Counted from the first letter of the stretch, positions 46,614-56,594 are shown. The stretch: DNA of 64,000 bases from Parcubacteria group bacterium GW2011_GWA2_43_13 (GCA_000999025.1 LCFM01000005.1:7087-71086), one strand, 5' to 3'. Numbers and translations: made by a program. The notes: generated by a model from the letters alone, not told the origin.

Positions 46614-47330
46614 TTATTTCCAGTGTCTGCTTTTGAGTGTGTAGATGTTGAGGGATAAAAATAGAATAATGAGAGAGCCAAAGTAGACGATATCACGGAT
46701 ATCAAGCACGCCGCGCGCCAAACTTTCAAAGTGAGTTGATGTTGAGGCAAGGCGGAAGATATCAGCCATCACTCCTTTAAGGGTACTTAAGACATAGGCC
46801 TGTCCAATCATCATGAGCGTAAAGAGAATCAAAAGAGACAAAAGAAACGCAATAATTTGATTTTTTGTGAGAGATGACAGCCATTGTCCAAGCGCAAGCA
46901 TTGCTCCTGCAAGCAGGATGACTGCGATATACATGCCAATCACCGCGCCTGTGTCAATATTGCCGAGTACTGCGACTGTCAAAGGCACCGGAAGTGTGCA
47001 TAACAGGATAAATAAAATAAGGCAGAGAGCGCTGATAAATTTTGCAATCACCGCCTCCCAGTCCTTAAGTGCGGTTGTCAATAAAAATTCAATGGTTCCG
47101 TTTCTTTTTTCTTCCGCCCATATTCGCATGGTGATGGCTGGAATGACAAACAAAAACACCCAAGGGAAAAAAGCAAAATATGATCGCAGGTTAGCTTGAG
47201 CATCAATGAAGAATCTTTCAAAATACAGCCAACTGTTTACCATCACAAATACAAACGCGACAATATAGGCGATAGGGGAATTGAGCATGAGCAGGATTTC
47301 TTTTTTTATCAAAGCAATGATGCGAGACAT
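46614..47330 (-). CDS. GldF-like ABC-2 permease
   Basis: SPIAYIV, PAITMRIWAEEKRNGTIEFLLT, RGVLDIRDIVYF. Confidence 0.9.
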   Translation of the reverse strand: MSRIIALIKKEILLMLNSPIAYIVAFVFVMVNSWLYFERFFIDAQANLRSYFAFFPWVFLFVIPAITMRIWAEEKRNGTIEFLLTTALKDWEAVIAKFISALCLILFILLCTLPVPLTVAVLGNIDTGAVIGMYIAVILLAGAMLALGQWLSSLTKNQIIAFLLSLLILFTLMMIGQAYVLSTLKGVMADIFRLASTSTHFESLARGVLDIRDIVYFGSLIILFLSLNIYTLKSRHWK

Positions 47331-47413
47331 ACAGAATGTAAAAAGTAAAATGGCAAAGTAAAATTTAAAGAGAAAGATTTTTATATTTTACATTGTCATT
47401 TTACTATTTTATT

Positions 47414-48201
47414 TTATGTGGTGAGTTTTCTAAAGATATCTTCAAGAGAAACGCGTTCGCGGTAGAGTTCCATAATCGGCCAGTGGTTGCGTGCGGCAAG
47501 GGTAAAGATATCTTCACGCATGTCATGATGCGCGATAATCCGAAAGCGGCAACAATCTTGCTCTGTCGCGGAATGGGGTTCAACTTTTTGAATATCTGGA
47601 AGTTGTTCGATTTCTGATTGTATGGAGTCCGATGGTCCCTTGAGCGTGAGGATAATGTTTTCTTTTGCAGAGCCCGCTTGTAGCAGTTCTTCGGTGGTCC
47701 CTTGTGCAACGATGTTTCCTTCATGGATAATAATCATTCAATAAGGTCAGGGTTGTGGACTAATGATTGGGCAATGCCGACGCGTTGGCGGAATCCTTTG
47801 GAAAGGTCGCCGATTGGTTTATGGAGCATTTTTTCTAATCCGCATGATTGGACCATTTCACTGATGCGGGATGCGCGTATTGCGCGTGGCACACCCCGCA
47901 GTTCCGCGACAAACGCAAGATATTCTGATACCTGAAATTCATCATACAAGGGGTTTCGTTCCGGTAGGTAGCCGATTTTTGCGCGCGTTTCATCTGGATG
48001 ATCTTGGATATCCATGCCATCAATGCTCACACTGCCGCTGGTTGGAGCAGTATAGCCGGTAATGATTTTCATGGTCGTTGTTTTGCCGGCTCCGTTCGGG
48101 CCTAAAAAACCAACCACTTCGCCGCTTTGAACGGAAAAAGAGACATTATTGACTGCAGTAACGTCTCCGAATTTTTTTGTGAGGTGGTTAATTTCTATCA
48201 T
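47414..48201 (-). pseudogene. GldA-like ABC ATPase split by an internal deletion
   Basis: N-part has Walker A and LSKGFRQR signature, then stops at HNPDLIE*; C-part begins MIIIHEG in another frame; Walker B, D-loop and H-loop are absent. Confidence 0.8.
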
Positions 48202-48338
48202 AGGTGCACCGAATGGTTAGCAAATCGTATTGTAAAAGAAAGGTCTTTTTAGTGCAAGCTATGTGTTGGGGATAGAGTGTGATTTGGTATTTGGGTATAA
48301 AAAAGAATTCCCGACTTCTGCGACCAGAAAATCGGGGG

Positions 48339-48722
48339 TTATGGGAGTTTATGGGATCCTGGCGCGCCAACAACCACCGTTTTCTGCGATGATGTCGCAG
48401 GGTGAGGCCGTCGGGCGCTACGTTGTTGTCCGTGGGAGCCGACGACAGGCACCTTACTGGACTTTGCCTCACGAACAGCTGCTTTTTTTATTGCGTCTGT
48501 CGTGGCATGATCCACCATCTGAAGGGATTGGGTGGCGGATGCCAGGGATAGTTGCTTTTTCTCTCCGTCAGGGAGAGTTTTGAGTATATCAACTATGCTC
48601 ATATACTCGGAGTTCGCGGCGAATAACGCCCTTTGAGCTCCTTGTAATTGTAATTTCGACAGTCCCTTGAGGTGCGCTATGCGCGCCTCAACTAACTGCC
48701 AGAGTGCCTCTATGGTTGCCAT
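48339..48722 (-). CDS. Hypothetical protein
   Basis: SD AAGGAAGGAG before ATG, helical N-half, basic C-tail. Confidence 0.55.
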   Translation of the reverse strand: MATIEALWQLVEARIAHLKGLSKLQLQGAQRALFAANSEYMSIVDILKTLPDGEKKQLSLASATQSLQMVDHATTDAIKKAAVREAKSSKVPVVGSHGQQRSARRPHPATSSQKTVVVGAPGSHKLP

Positions 48723-48936
48723 TGGTACTCCTTCCTTGGTGAGAGATTACATGATTTAACCATAGTTTCACGATAAAAGTCAATAGAAGCTATTGTTGCC
48801 ATAGGTATGTTGTGCTATAATACTAATATTGAAGTTTATTCACTCATTATTTAATTGTTATTGCAACATTAATCAGGCGAGGTTTTTCGTTATTTAACTC
48901 AATGTTTAATAATGAAAAATTTTAGTCATGTAATCT

Positions 48937-49500
48937 ATGTTTAATGGTCGCGAATCGGGAAATATTATTCCCCCCCCCGACAGAGCAGAGGAAGGCAGTC
49001 CTGAAATACCAGGACCTATTTTAACTCCTCCACCAGATCGGGGACCAAAGGTTCTGCCGGATAAAGAGTTGATTCAACTTCGGAGGGATACTAATCAAAG
49101 ACAGCAAGAAGCGTTCCATGATCAGAGGAAAGAGAATCAAGGGAAGGAAGATAAGGGTAGTGCAGAGAGTGAAGGATATATACCGGGGGTTGATTTATTA
49201 GTGACAGATTTTGAGAATCAAGGAGCGGGGTTGGAGTCGCGTAATGGGGAAGAAATAGCTAGAAGAATTATAGAGAGGGATTTTAAGAAACTTATTACTG
49301 AGTTTAGTAGTGGTGATGTATCGCGGCTTCGTGAAGTCATTAGCGCGTTTAGGAAACGTGACGAGAAGAGTAGCATTGCAGGGGTTTTGGAGAAGATTAT
49401 CAATTCGTCAGATATTACAAATTCCCCCGAGATGGTTGCTGGGAGGTTTTTATCGAAAAATGAAGCAGAAACGGATCAGGGGACAGAAGCGGCTGGCTAA
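48937..49500 (+). CDS. Hypothetical Pro/Glu-rich protein
   Basis: 187-aa ORF, purine-rich coding strand, AT-rich promoter region upstream. Confidence 0.6.
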   Translation: MFNGRESGNIIPPPDRAEEGSPEIPGPILTPPPDRGPKVLPDKELIQLRRDTNQRQQEAFHDQRKENQGKEDKGSAESEGYIPGVDLLVTDFENQGAGLESRNGEEIARRIIERDFKKLITEFSSGDVSRLREVISAFRKRDEKSSIAGVLEKIINSSDITNSPEMVAGRFLSKNEAETDQGTEAAG

Positions 49501-49561
49501 TGAGGGAGATATTTTGTTGGTTGGATACGCGGTAGTCATCTTAAAATTATATCTTATTACT

Positions 49562-50068
49562 ATGGGTAGAGAAACAGGGGGTTATACCCCAGAAGATACA
49601 TCAAAAGAAGCACAGGTGCCCGTGCCAGAACAAGATGAGTCCGATGATGCGCCTAAAAATTTGTTAGAGTTTTTTAGGTCAACCGAGGAGATGGAGGTGA
49701 ATGGGCCACCAGCAGCTCCACTAACAGAAGAAGAACAGGCGGCAATGGATGCGACAATCTTTGTCCCAGAAAAACAGACGGCAGCTGAGGCAGCTGCAAT
49801 ACAGGCGGAAATTGATGCTTATAATGATGGGCATAGACTTTCTACTATAGAAGAGGATGAGGCACAAGATGAGGCACAAGATGAGGCGAGAGTGACAAAA
49901 GGAGATCGAATACTTGCTTACGTAAATTCTCAGGAAAGAGCAAGGGCAGAGGAAAAAAAGGCGGAAAACGAAGCGTGGGCAAAGGCAGCGGCAGAGAGGA
50001 AAGAGGGCAAAATGATACGGGATATCAAGAAAACTATAGATGAGTTGAATGAACAACCAAAGGAGTGA
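49562..50068 (+). CDS. Hypothetical acidic low-complexity protein
   Basis: MGRETGGYTPE.. Glu/Ala-rich; 12-bp tandem repeat GATGAGGCACAA (DEAQ). Confidence 0.6.
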   Translation: MGRETGGYTPEDTSKEAQVPVPEQDESDDAPKNLLEFFRSTEEMEVNGPPAAPLTEEEQAAMDATIFVPEKQTAAEAAAIQAEIDAYNDGHRLSTIEEDEAQDEAQDEARVTKGDRILAYVNSQERARAEEKKAENEAWAKAAAERKEGKMIRDIKKTIDELNEQPKE

Positions 50069-51140
50069 TTATCATAATTTGTTTGATGATACTTGATTTA
50101 TACAGTTCCGGTTTATAGGCGTCTAATCGGAGAACGTGGGTTTTAAACCCGCGTTCTTTTAGTTCTTTGCGCAGTTGAGTTTCGCTATATGCTTGGTCAT
50201 ATCCTAAACAGATTAGATTTGGAGAATATTTTTTAATCAATGCAAAGTAATCAGTTTCATCGCCGATATATGCATCATCTACATACTTCAACGCTTTAAT
50301 GTGTTGAAGTCGTTCTTGTTGCGTATAGATTGGTGGTTTCTTTTTTTGTTTCATAACATTGTTGTCTGTTGTAATAACAACAATCAGCTGGGAGCTGAAT
50401 TTTTTTGCCTGCTGAAAAAAATATTCATGGCCTTTGTGGAGTAGGTCGAATACGCCAAAGACCATGACTGTAGAGTTTGTATGGGGTGGTGGGAGAGTGG
50501 GTAGTGTGATTGCGTCGTCCAATGTGAAATCACCAATCGCGGTGCGGCTGAGGGATGTAAGATACGCGCCGTATCCGAGTGATTTGCCGATGTCATGACC
50601 AAGCGTGCGGATATAGGTTCCGCTTGAACAATGCACGTCTATTGTGAGATGTGGCCATTTATATGAGATGAGATCAATAGAATAGATTTCTATCTCATGC
50701 GGTTTGCGTTCTATCTCTTTGCCTTGGCGGGCAAGCTCATAGAGTTTTTTTCCATTCACTTTTTTTGCTGAGTACATGGGAGGGGTTTGGAGTTGGCGAC
50801 CGAGAAAGGAGGATAATGTGGTTTCGAGTTCGACTGTTTTTTCTAATACCTCACCCCAACCCTCTCCTTGTAAAGGAGAGGGGGTTACGACGCCCGTTTT
50901 ATCCTGCGTGTCGCTGGTTGCGCCTAAAAAGAGGATTGCGCGGTATTTTTTATCTAACCCAACAAAGTATTTTAATAATTTAGTAGAGGACCCAATAGCC
51001 ATAATCAACAACCCGTCTGCAAACGGGTCAAGTGTTCCTGCATGGCCAATCTGTCTGATGCCAGTGATACGGCGGAGCTGGTTGACTATGTCATGCGATG
51101 TCGGGCCAGCAGGTTTATTGATGAGTAAAAATCCATTCAT
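50034..51140 (-). CDS. truB: tRNA pseudouridine-55 synthase fused to a cytidylyltransferase-like (RibL-type FAD synthase-like) domain
   Basis: IGHAGTLDP, PPMYSAKKVNGKKLYELAR, SSGTYIRTL; then VFGVFDLLHKGH, ICLGYDQ, YKSS in the same frame; family B insertion at 50849-50884. Confidence 0.9.
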   Translation of the reverse strand: MNGFLLINKPAGPTSHDIVNQLRRITGIRQIGHAGTLDPFADGLLIMAIGSSTKLLKYFVGLDKKYRAILFLGATSDTQDKTGVVTPSPLQGEGWGEVLEKTVELETTLSSFLGRQLQTPPMYSAKKVNGKKLYELARQGKEIERKPHEIEIYSIDLISYKWPHLTIDVHCSSGTYIRTLGHDIGKSLGYGAYLTSLSRTAIGDFTLDDAITLPTLPPPHTNSTVMVFGVFDLLHKGHEYFFQQAKKFSSQLIVVITTDNNVMKQKKKPPIYTQQERLQHIKALKYVDDAYIGDETDYFALIKKYSPNLICLGYDQAYSETQLRKELKERGFKTHVLRLDAYKPELYKSSIIKQIMIITPLVVHSTHL

Positions 51141-51215
51141 ACTGCCAGTTTTCAAATGTCAGTTGTCACATATGATCTCCTTGCTATCGGATATATATAA
51201 CACCTGATAACTGAA

Positions 51216-53321
51216 TTAGGATTGCTTTGTATCTTTGAGTTCAGTGATACTATCCCTTAACTTGGTGGCTTTTTCAAATTCAAGGTTTTGGGCCGCAAGT
51301 TCCATTTGTGCCTCAAGTTCTTTAAGAAGATGCGGGATTTCATCTTTGGGAATATCTTGAAATCTGTTTTTTGTCCGCCGGCTGGCGGATTGTTTTTTAT
51401 CTTGTGTTCGACTAAACTGATCTTCTTTGATTGCTTTTTGGATTGATAGTGGCGTAATTCCATGTTTTTTGTTATATGTTTTTTGTATCGTGCGCCTGCG
51501 ATTCGTTTCGTTAATCGCACGTTTCATAGAGCCAGTCACAATGTCGGCGTACATAATCACACGGCCGTCAATATGGCGAGCGGCGCGGCCCATAGTTTGG
51601 ATCAGAGATGTCTCACTCCGTAAAAATCCTTCTTTGTCAGCGTCTAAAATAATCACTAAAGATACTTCTGGTAAATCCAACCCTTCGCGCAAAAGATTTA
51701 TTCCAACCAAAACGTCGTATGTGCCTTTACGAAGATCGCGCAGAATTTCTATGCGTTCAAGTGTGGCAACTTCTGAATGAAGGTATTGCGATTGGATACC
51801 ACATTCTTGTAGATAATCATTGAGTTCCTCTGCTAATCGTTTGGTAAGGGTTGTGATAAGAACGCGCTGTTGTTTTTTTACTCGTTTTTGAACTTCGGCG
51901 AGTATGTCGTCTATTTGATTTTTTGTTGGTCGCATCTCAATCGTTGGATCTAAAAGGTAGGTCGGTCGGATGAGTTGTTGGGCGATATGCCAATGTTCAG
52001 TTTTCGGCTTGGCTGGCAAATTTGACAACTGATAACTGACACCTGGCAACTGGCTATTTTTCATAATTTTTGATAATCCAATCGTTTTTACTTCATCTAC
52101 GTTCATATCGGTTGATTTCCCAATCTCGTATGGACCCGGGGTTGCCGAAACGTATAGAGTTTGATGTATTTTTGACTCAAATTCTTTAAATGTCAGTGGC
52201 CGGTTGTCTCGTGCCGCAGGCAGGCGAAAGCCGTAGTTGATGAGCATATCTTTACGGCTTTTGTCTCCGTGGTACATACCGCCGATTTGCGGAATAGTCA
52301 TATGGGATTCATCTATCATTAATAGAAAATTTTTAGGGAAATAATCCAACAGTGTATATGGCGGTGTACCCTGTTCTCTTCCGTCAAAGTATCGGGAATA
52401 ATTTTCTATACCATTGCAGTAGCCGATATTTTTGATCATTTCAAGGTCATATCGGGTGCGTTGTTCAATGCGCTGTGCTTCTAAAAGTTTATTCTGCCCG
52501 GTAAACATACTTACTTGCTCCAACATATCACGTTCAATGGTTGCCAGTATATTTTTTCTGTTTTCTTCGGGAGCGACATAATGCGTTGCCGGGTATATAT
52601 CAATAGTATGGATATTTTTAATTTTTTGTTTACCTGTTAAAGAGTCCAGAATATGAATCTGTTCTATGGTATCTCCAAATAGTTCAATGCGGATGATTTC
52701 ATCCAAAGAAAATACTGGATATATTTCTATACTATCTCCACGCACGCGAAATGTTCCGCGATGAAAATCAGTATCATTGCGCGTGAATTGTAATTGTGTT
52801 AAATGTCGCAATATGTCGTTTCTTGGAATACATTGGCCTTGTGTAACGGTTATGGCTTGTTTTTTATATTCTTGCGGAGATCCAAGTCCGTAAATGCAGG
52901 ACACCGAGGCAACAATAATCACGTCATTTCTGGAAAGGAGCGATTGAGTTGAAGCGTGGCGTAGGCGATCTATTTCTTCGTTCACTTGGGTTTCTTTTTC
53001 TATGTATGTGTCTGACTGGGGGATATATGCCTCTGGCTGGTAATAATCGTAATATGAGACAAAATAGTGCACTGCGTTATTGGGGAAAAACGACTGAAAT
53101 TCGGTCGCGAGTTGAGCGGCCAGAGTTTTGTTGTGAGATATGATAAGCGCGGGGCGTTGAAGATTATTGATAATATTCGCCATGCTAAACGTTTTTCCGC
53201 TTCCGGTAACACCTAATAGCGTTTGGCTGTGATTGCCTTGTGTGATCCATTGTGAAATCTGCTCGATTGCGCCGGGCTGATCTCCTGTGGGTTTGTATGG
53301 TTTATGAAGGTTAAAACGCAT
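51216..53321 (-). CDS. uvrB: Excinuclease ABC subunit B
   Basis: PTGDQP, LGVTGSGKT, YYDYYQPEAY, IDESH, LIQTMGRAAR, UVR coil. Confidence 0.97.
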   Translation of the reverse strand: MRFNLHKPYKPTGDQPGAIEQISQWITQGNHSQTLLGVTGSGKTFSMANIINNLQRPALIISHNKTLAAQLATEFQSFFPNNAVHYFVSYYDYYQPEAYIPQSDTYIEKETQVNEEIDRLRHASTQSLLSRNDVIIVASVSCIYGLGSPQEYKKQAITVTQGQCIPRNDILRHLTQLQFTRNDTDFHRGTFRVRGDSIEIYPVFSLDEIIRIELFGDTIEQIHILDSLTGKQKIKNIHTIDIYPATHYVAPEENRKNILATIERDMLEQVSMFTGQNKLLEAQRIEQRTRYDLEMIKNIGYCNGIENYSRYFDGREQGTPPYTLLDYFPKNFLLMIDESHMTIPQIGGMYHGDKSRKDMLINYGFRLPAARDNRPLTFKEFESKIHQTLYVSATPGPYEIGKSTDMNVDEVKTIGLSKIMKNSQLPGVSYQLSNLPAKPKTEHWHIAQQLIRPTYLLDPTIEMRPTKNQIDDILAEVQKRVKKQQRVLITTLTKRLAEELNDYLQECGIQSQYLHSEVATLERIEILRDLRKGTYDVLVGINLLREGLDLPEVSLVIILDADKEGFLRSETSLIQTMGRAARHIDGRVIMYADIVTGSMKRAINETNRRRTIQKTYNKKHGITPLSIQKAIKEDQFSRTQDKKQSASRRTKNRFQDIPKDEIPHLLKELEAQMELAAQNLEFEKATKLRDSITELKDTKQS

Positions 53322-53400
53322 AATGTATGAATACTATGGCGTGAGTTAATAAGCGTCAATACATTGAAAAATACTCGCGGGTAAGATACGATATATGTAT

Positions 53401-53967
53401 ATGATTGCATATATCAGCGGCAGAGTCATGTTCAAACGCGAAGAAACGGTTGTTTTAGATGTAGGGGGAGTCGGGTATGAGGCGTGGTGTCCGCCACAGA
53501 TATTGGAGGATCTCCAGCAGGGAACTGAACAAAAATTGTATACAGTGCATATTGTGCGTGAGGATTCGCAAACCTTGTATGGGTTTTTAACTCAAGGACA
53601 AAAAGAGCTTTTTCAGCTATTGTTAGGTGTTTCCGGTATTGGCCCAAAGAATGCGCTTAAAATTATGGGGAAAGTATCAGGAGGAGATATTATTCAAGCG
53701 ATTATCCAGCAAGACAGTTCTGTGTTAGAAGCGCTTGGTATTGGGAAAAAGATTGCAGATCGCATGATAGTGGAGTTGAAAGGAAAGTCAATAAGTGGAG
53801 ATGGGGTAAGCGGTGGCGAGAATAAAACCAACGGATTTACTGATGAGGCGCAAGCGCTGATTGCTCTTGGATACACTGCTCGCGATGTTATAGATGCGTT
53901 AAAGCGTACTCAATCGAGCGATATGAACGAACGCATCAAAGAAGCGCTTAAGTTGTTAGGAAAATGA
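53401..53967 (+). CDS. ruvA: Holliday junction branch migration protein RuvA
   Basis: GGVGYE, LYGF, VSGIGPKNA, ALIALGY. Confidence 0.94.
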   Translation: MIAYISGRVMFKREETVVLDVGGVGYEAWCPPQILEDLQQGTEQKLYTVHIVREDSQTLYGFLTQGQKELFQLLLGVSGIGPKNALKIMGKVSGGDIIQAIIQQDSSVLEALGIGKKIADRMIVELKGKSISGDGVSGGENKTNGFTDEAQALIALGYTARDVIDALKRTQSSDMNERIKEALKLLGK

Positions 53968-54063
53968 AACGATGGTAGTTTGAGATGTGGCATTTCCCTC
54001 TATAGGCGGGTCCCCAGTCAGAGGCGGGTACAGCGCTTTTGGCGGAGTTATTCATTATATATT

Positions 54064-55155
54064 ATGTCTTCTATTGATAGCGAGAAATTGAATCTATTTT
54101 TAGCGCGTGTTCCTCATACTCCATTTACTCAATCATACGAATGGGGGCAGTTTCAGCTTCATACAGGAAAAGAGGTTTTTACGTTAGGTATTCAGTTTCA
54201 GGACGAACTTATTGGAAGCGTGATGTTGCTCATGGATCGAATAGGGCGATGGTATAAAAGATTGTATTCTCCTTTAGGGCCTGTCATCGGCGTAGAAACA
54301 CTGGGGAGTGAGCATTTTGCAATCCTTTGGAAAAAGACCATTGAAGAAATGATTTTGGCGGCGCGGCACTTGCATGTTGCAAGTATACGTTTTGAGCCGC
54401 ATTTTCTTTCTTTAGAGCCAAGGGAGTTAGAGTTTCCTATTGAATTAAAACAACTGATTCGCATCCCTGGGATCCAACCGCAGGTAACCAGAATTCTTGA
54501 TCTTTTTCGGTCAGAAGAAGAATTACTTTCGTTGATGCATCCCAAAACGCGGTATAATATTCGCATTGCGGAAAAAAAGGGAGTAAGTATCAATTGTGAA
54601 ATTAAAATAGATAATCAGGAGTTTCATGATTTTTATACAGTGATCAGTGAAACGGCGCGCAGGCATGGTATTCGTATACATTCGCGAAAATATTATTCAG
54701 CATTGTGTCAGATGCTTTCGGTGCGAGACGTTCAAACAATGGGTGATCCCGCGCGATGTTTTACCCGTTTGATTACCGCGCGGTATCAGGGTACTGTGAT
54801 TGCAGCAAATTTGTTGGTGTTTTTTGGTGATACTGTTACCTATGTGCATGGCGGGTCATCCGATGAGTTTAAAAGTGTGATGTCGCCGTATTTGTTGCAA
54901 TGGGAGGCACTGCGTGAGGCAAAGCGGCTCGGGTATCGGTACTATGATTTATGGGGATGCATGCCTGAACCTGCGCATAGTGTAGATGAAACTATTTTAA
55001 AGCAGGTAGAAAAGTGGAAAGGGATTGATCGGTTTAAAAAAGGATTTGGTGGAGAGGTGTACTATTACCCGGGGGCGTTCGAGTTGATTTTGGATATAAA
55101 AAAATATACAGTGTATCGGTTGTTAAAAAGAGTAAAAGCATTGTTACGGGTATGA
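54064..55155 (+). CDS. FemAB/FemX family peptidoglycan peptidyltransferase
   Basis: FTQSYEWG, KTRYNIRIAEKKGV, YLLQWEA, YDLWG, RFKKGFGG. Confidence 0.9.
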   Translation: MSSIDSEKLNLFLARVPHTPFTQSYEWGQFQLHTGKEVFTLGIQFQDELIGSVMLLMDRIGRWYKRLYSPLGPVIGVETLGSEHFAILWKKTIEEMILAARHLHVASIRFEPHFLSLEPRELEFPIELKQLIRIPGIQPQVTRILDLFRSEEELLSLMHPKTRYNIRIAEKKGVSINCEIKIDNQEFHDFYTVISETARRHGIRIHSRKYYSALCQMLSVRDVQTMGDPARCFTRLITARYQGTVIAANLLVFFGDTVTYVHGGSSDEFKSVMSPYLLQWEALREAKRLGYRYYDLWGCMPEPAHSVDETILKQVEKWKGIDRFKKGFGGEVYYYPGAFELILDIKKYTVYRLLKRVKALLRV

Positions 55156-55862
55156 AAACAGTGATAGCCGCGGCAGGAAAGGGGACAAGGATGCTCCATC
55201 TGTCGCAGGATAAACCAAAGCATCTTATTCCAATCAATGGCCGTCCGTGGATGGCGCATGTTTTTGATCATGTTGTTTCTGCTGGATTGAAGGATATTGT
55301 GCTTGTAGTTGGGTATCAGGCCCATGCGTGGGACGAATTTTTACAGCATGATACTCATGATGTCAAGGTAACCGTTGTGAATCAATGTATCGTTTGCGGT
55401 ACAGAGCGACATGGCACCGCGATTTCACTTGAGGCGGCGAAAGAGGTTGTTAGCGATGAACAGTTTATTTTTTTTTACGGCGATAATATATATGCGTCTG
55501 ATGATATAAAACAGTTTTGTGTTCAGGATGAGTATTCGTATATCGGCGGAATGCGTCATGACGAACCGCAGAGGTTTGGCGTGTTGTTTGAAGAGAATGG
55601 CGTGCTAAAAAAGATTGTTGAAAAACCGCAAGAATTTATCGGCGATATGATTAATGTTGGGTTATACAAATTTACGCCAAAGATATTCGAAGCAGTTCGA
55701 AAGATTGATGTTTCCTCTCGCGGAGAATACGAACTCACTGATGCGGTATCATTACTCGCGCAGGAGGGGAAAGTGAAAGTTATTCAAGTGTCTGATTATT
55801 GGATGGATTTTGGCCGACCCGAAGATGTGGAAAAGGGAAGTGTGTTGTTGTCTAAAGATTAA
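55152..55862 (+). CDS. Sugar-1-phosphate nucleotidyltransferase (RmlA/GlmU N-domain-like)
   Basis: AAGKGTRM..PKHLI, YGDN, VEKP, RGEYELTDA. Confidence 0.88.
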   Translation: MKTVIAAAGKGTRMLHLSQDKPKHLIPINGRPWMAHVFDHVVSAGLKDIVLVVGYQAHAWDEFLQHDTHDVKVTVVNQCIVCGTERHGTAISLEAAKEVVSDEQFIFFYGDNIYASDDIKQFCVQDEYSYIGGMRHDEPQRFGVLFEENGVLKKIVEKPQEFIGDMINVGLYKFTPKIFEAVRKIDVSSRGEYELTDAVSLLAQEGKVKVIQVSDYWMDFGRPEDVEKGSVLLSKD

Positions 55863-55900
55863 ATTTGGTACTTGTTATTTGGGCTTTGTCATTTTTATGC

Positions 55901-55972
55901 GCCCTCGTCGTTCAATGGATAGGACGCGAGCTTCCGGAGCTTGTAATAGGGGTTCGAATCCTCTCGAGGGCA
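55901..55972 (+). tRNA. tRNA-Arg(CCG)
   Basis: Anticodon arm CGAGC-TTCCGGA-GCTTG, GGTTCGAATCC. Confidence 0.95.
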
Positions 55973-56036
55973 TTCGGCGACAGTCCCATTGAACAAACAT
56001 GAAATACCAATGATTCCGCGGTTGTAATATATACAT

Positions 56037-56594
56037 ATGGCATCTTCTGCCGATATAAGTGATGAACAATTGGTTATTGCCGTACGAGAACGGGATAAGG
56101 AATTATACAGCGAGATCATTCAGCGTTACCAAACAAAACTGTCTCACTATTTGCGTAAATTTATTCGGGATCACGATGAACTTGAAGATGTCCTTCAAGA
56201 AGTTTTTATTAAAGCGTATCGTAATTTGTATGGATTTGACGTGCATAGAAAATTTTCTTCATGGATCTATCGCATTGCGCATAATGAGGCGCTCAATCAT
56301 ATCAAAAAATATAAAAAAGAATCTATTTCGTTAGATGAGCAGGAGTGGGAAGTGATTGACGAATCAATGGATATTCACGCTAAAGTGGAAGAGGATGAGC
56401 TTAAAAAAGATATTGCCAAGGCATTGGCGTTTTTGAAGGATACATATCGCCAACCTTTGATCCTTTATTTTTTTGAACAGAGAACGTATGAGGAGATCAG
56501 CGATATTTTGCATATACCGCGCAATACGGTTGGAACACTCATTTTGCGCGGCAAAAAGATGTTGAAAAAAATACTAGAACATAAGGGGATATGA
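56037..56594 (+). CDS. ECF RNA polymerase sigma factor (SigW-like)
   Basis: EDVLQEVFIKAY, FSSWIYRIAHN, TYEEISDIL..NTVGTLILRG. Confidence 0.93.
   Translation: MASSADISDEQLVIAVRERDKELYSEIIQRYQTKLSHYLRKFIRDHDELEDVLQEVFIKAYRNLYGFDVHRKFSSWIYRIAHNEALNHIKKYKKESISLDEQEWEVIDESMDIHAKVEEDELKKDIAKALAFLKDTYRQPLILYFFEQRTYEEISDILHIPRNTVGTLILRGKKMLKKILEHKGI

Noticed and set aside
47734-47740. Programmed frameshift joining the ABC ATPase halves
   Set aside because: A frameshift could not restore the missing Walker B/H-loop sequence, which is absent from the DNA.
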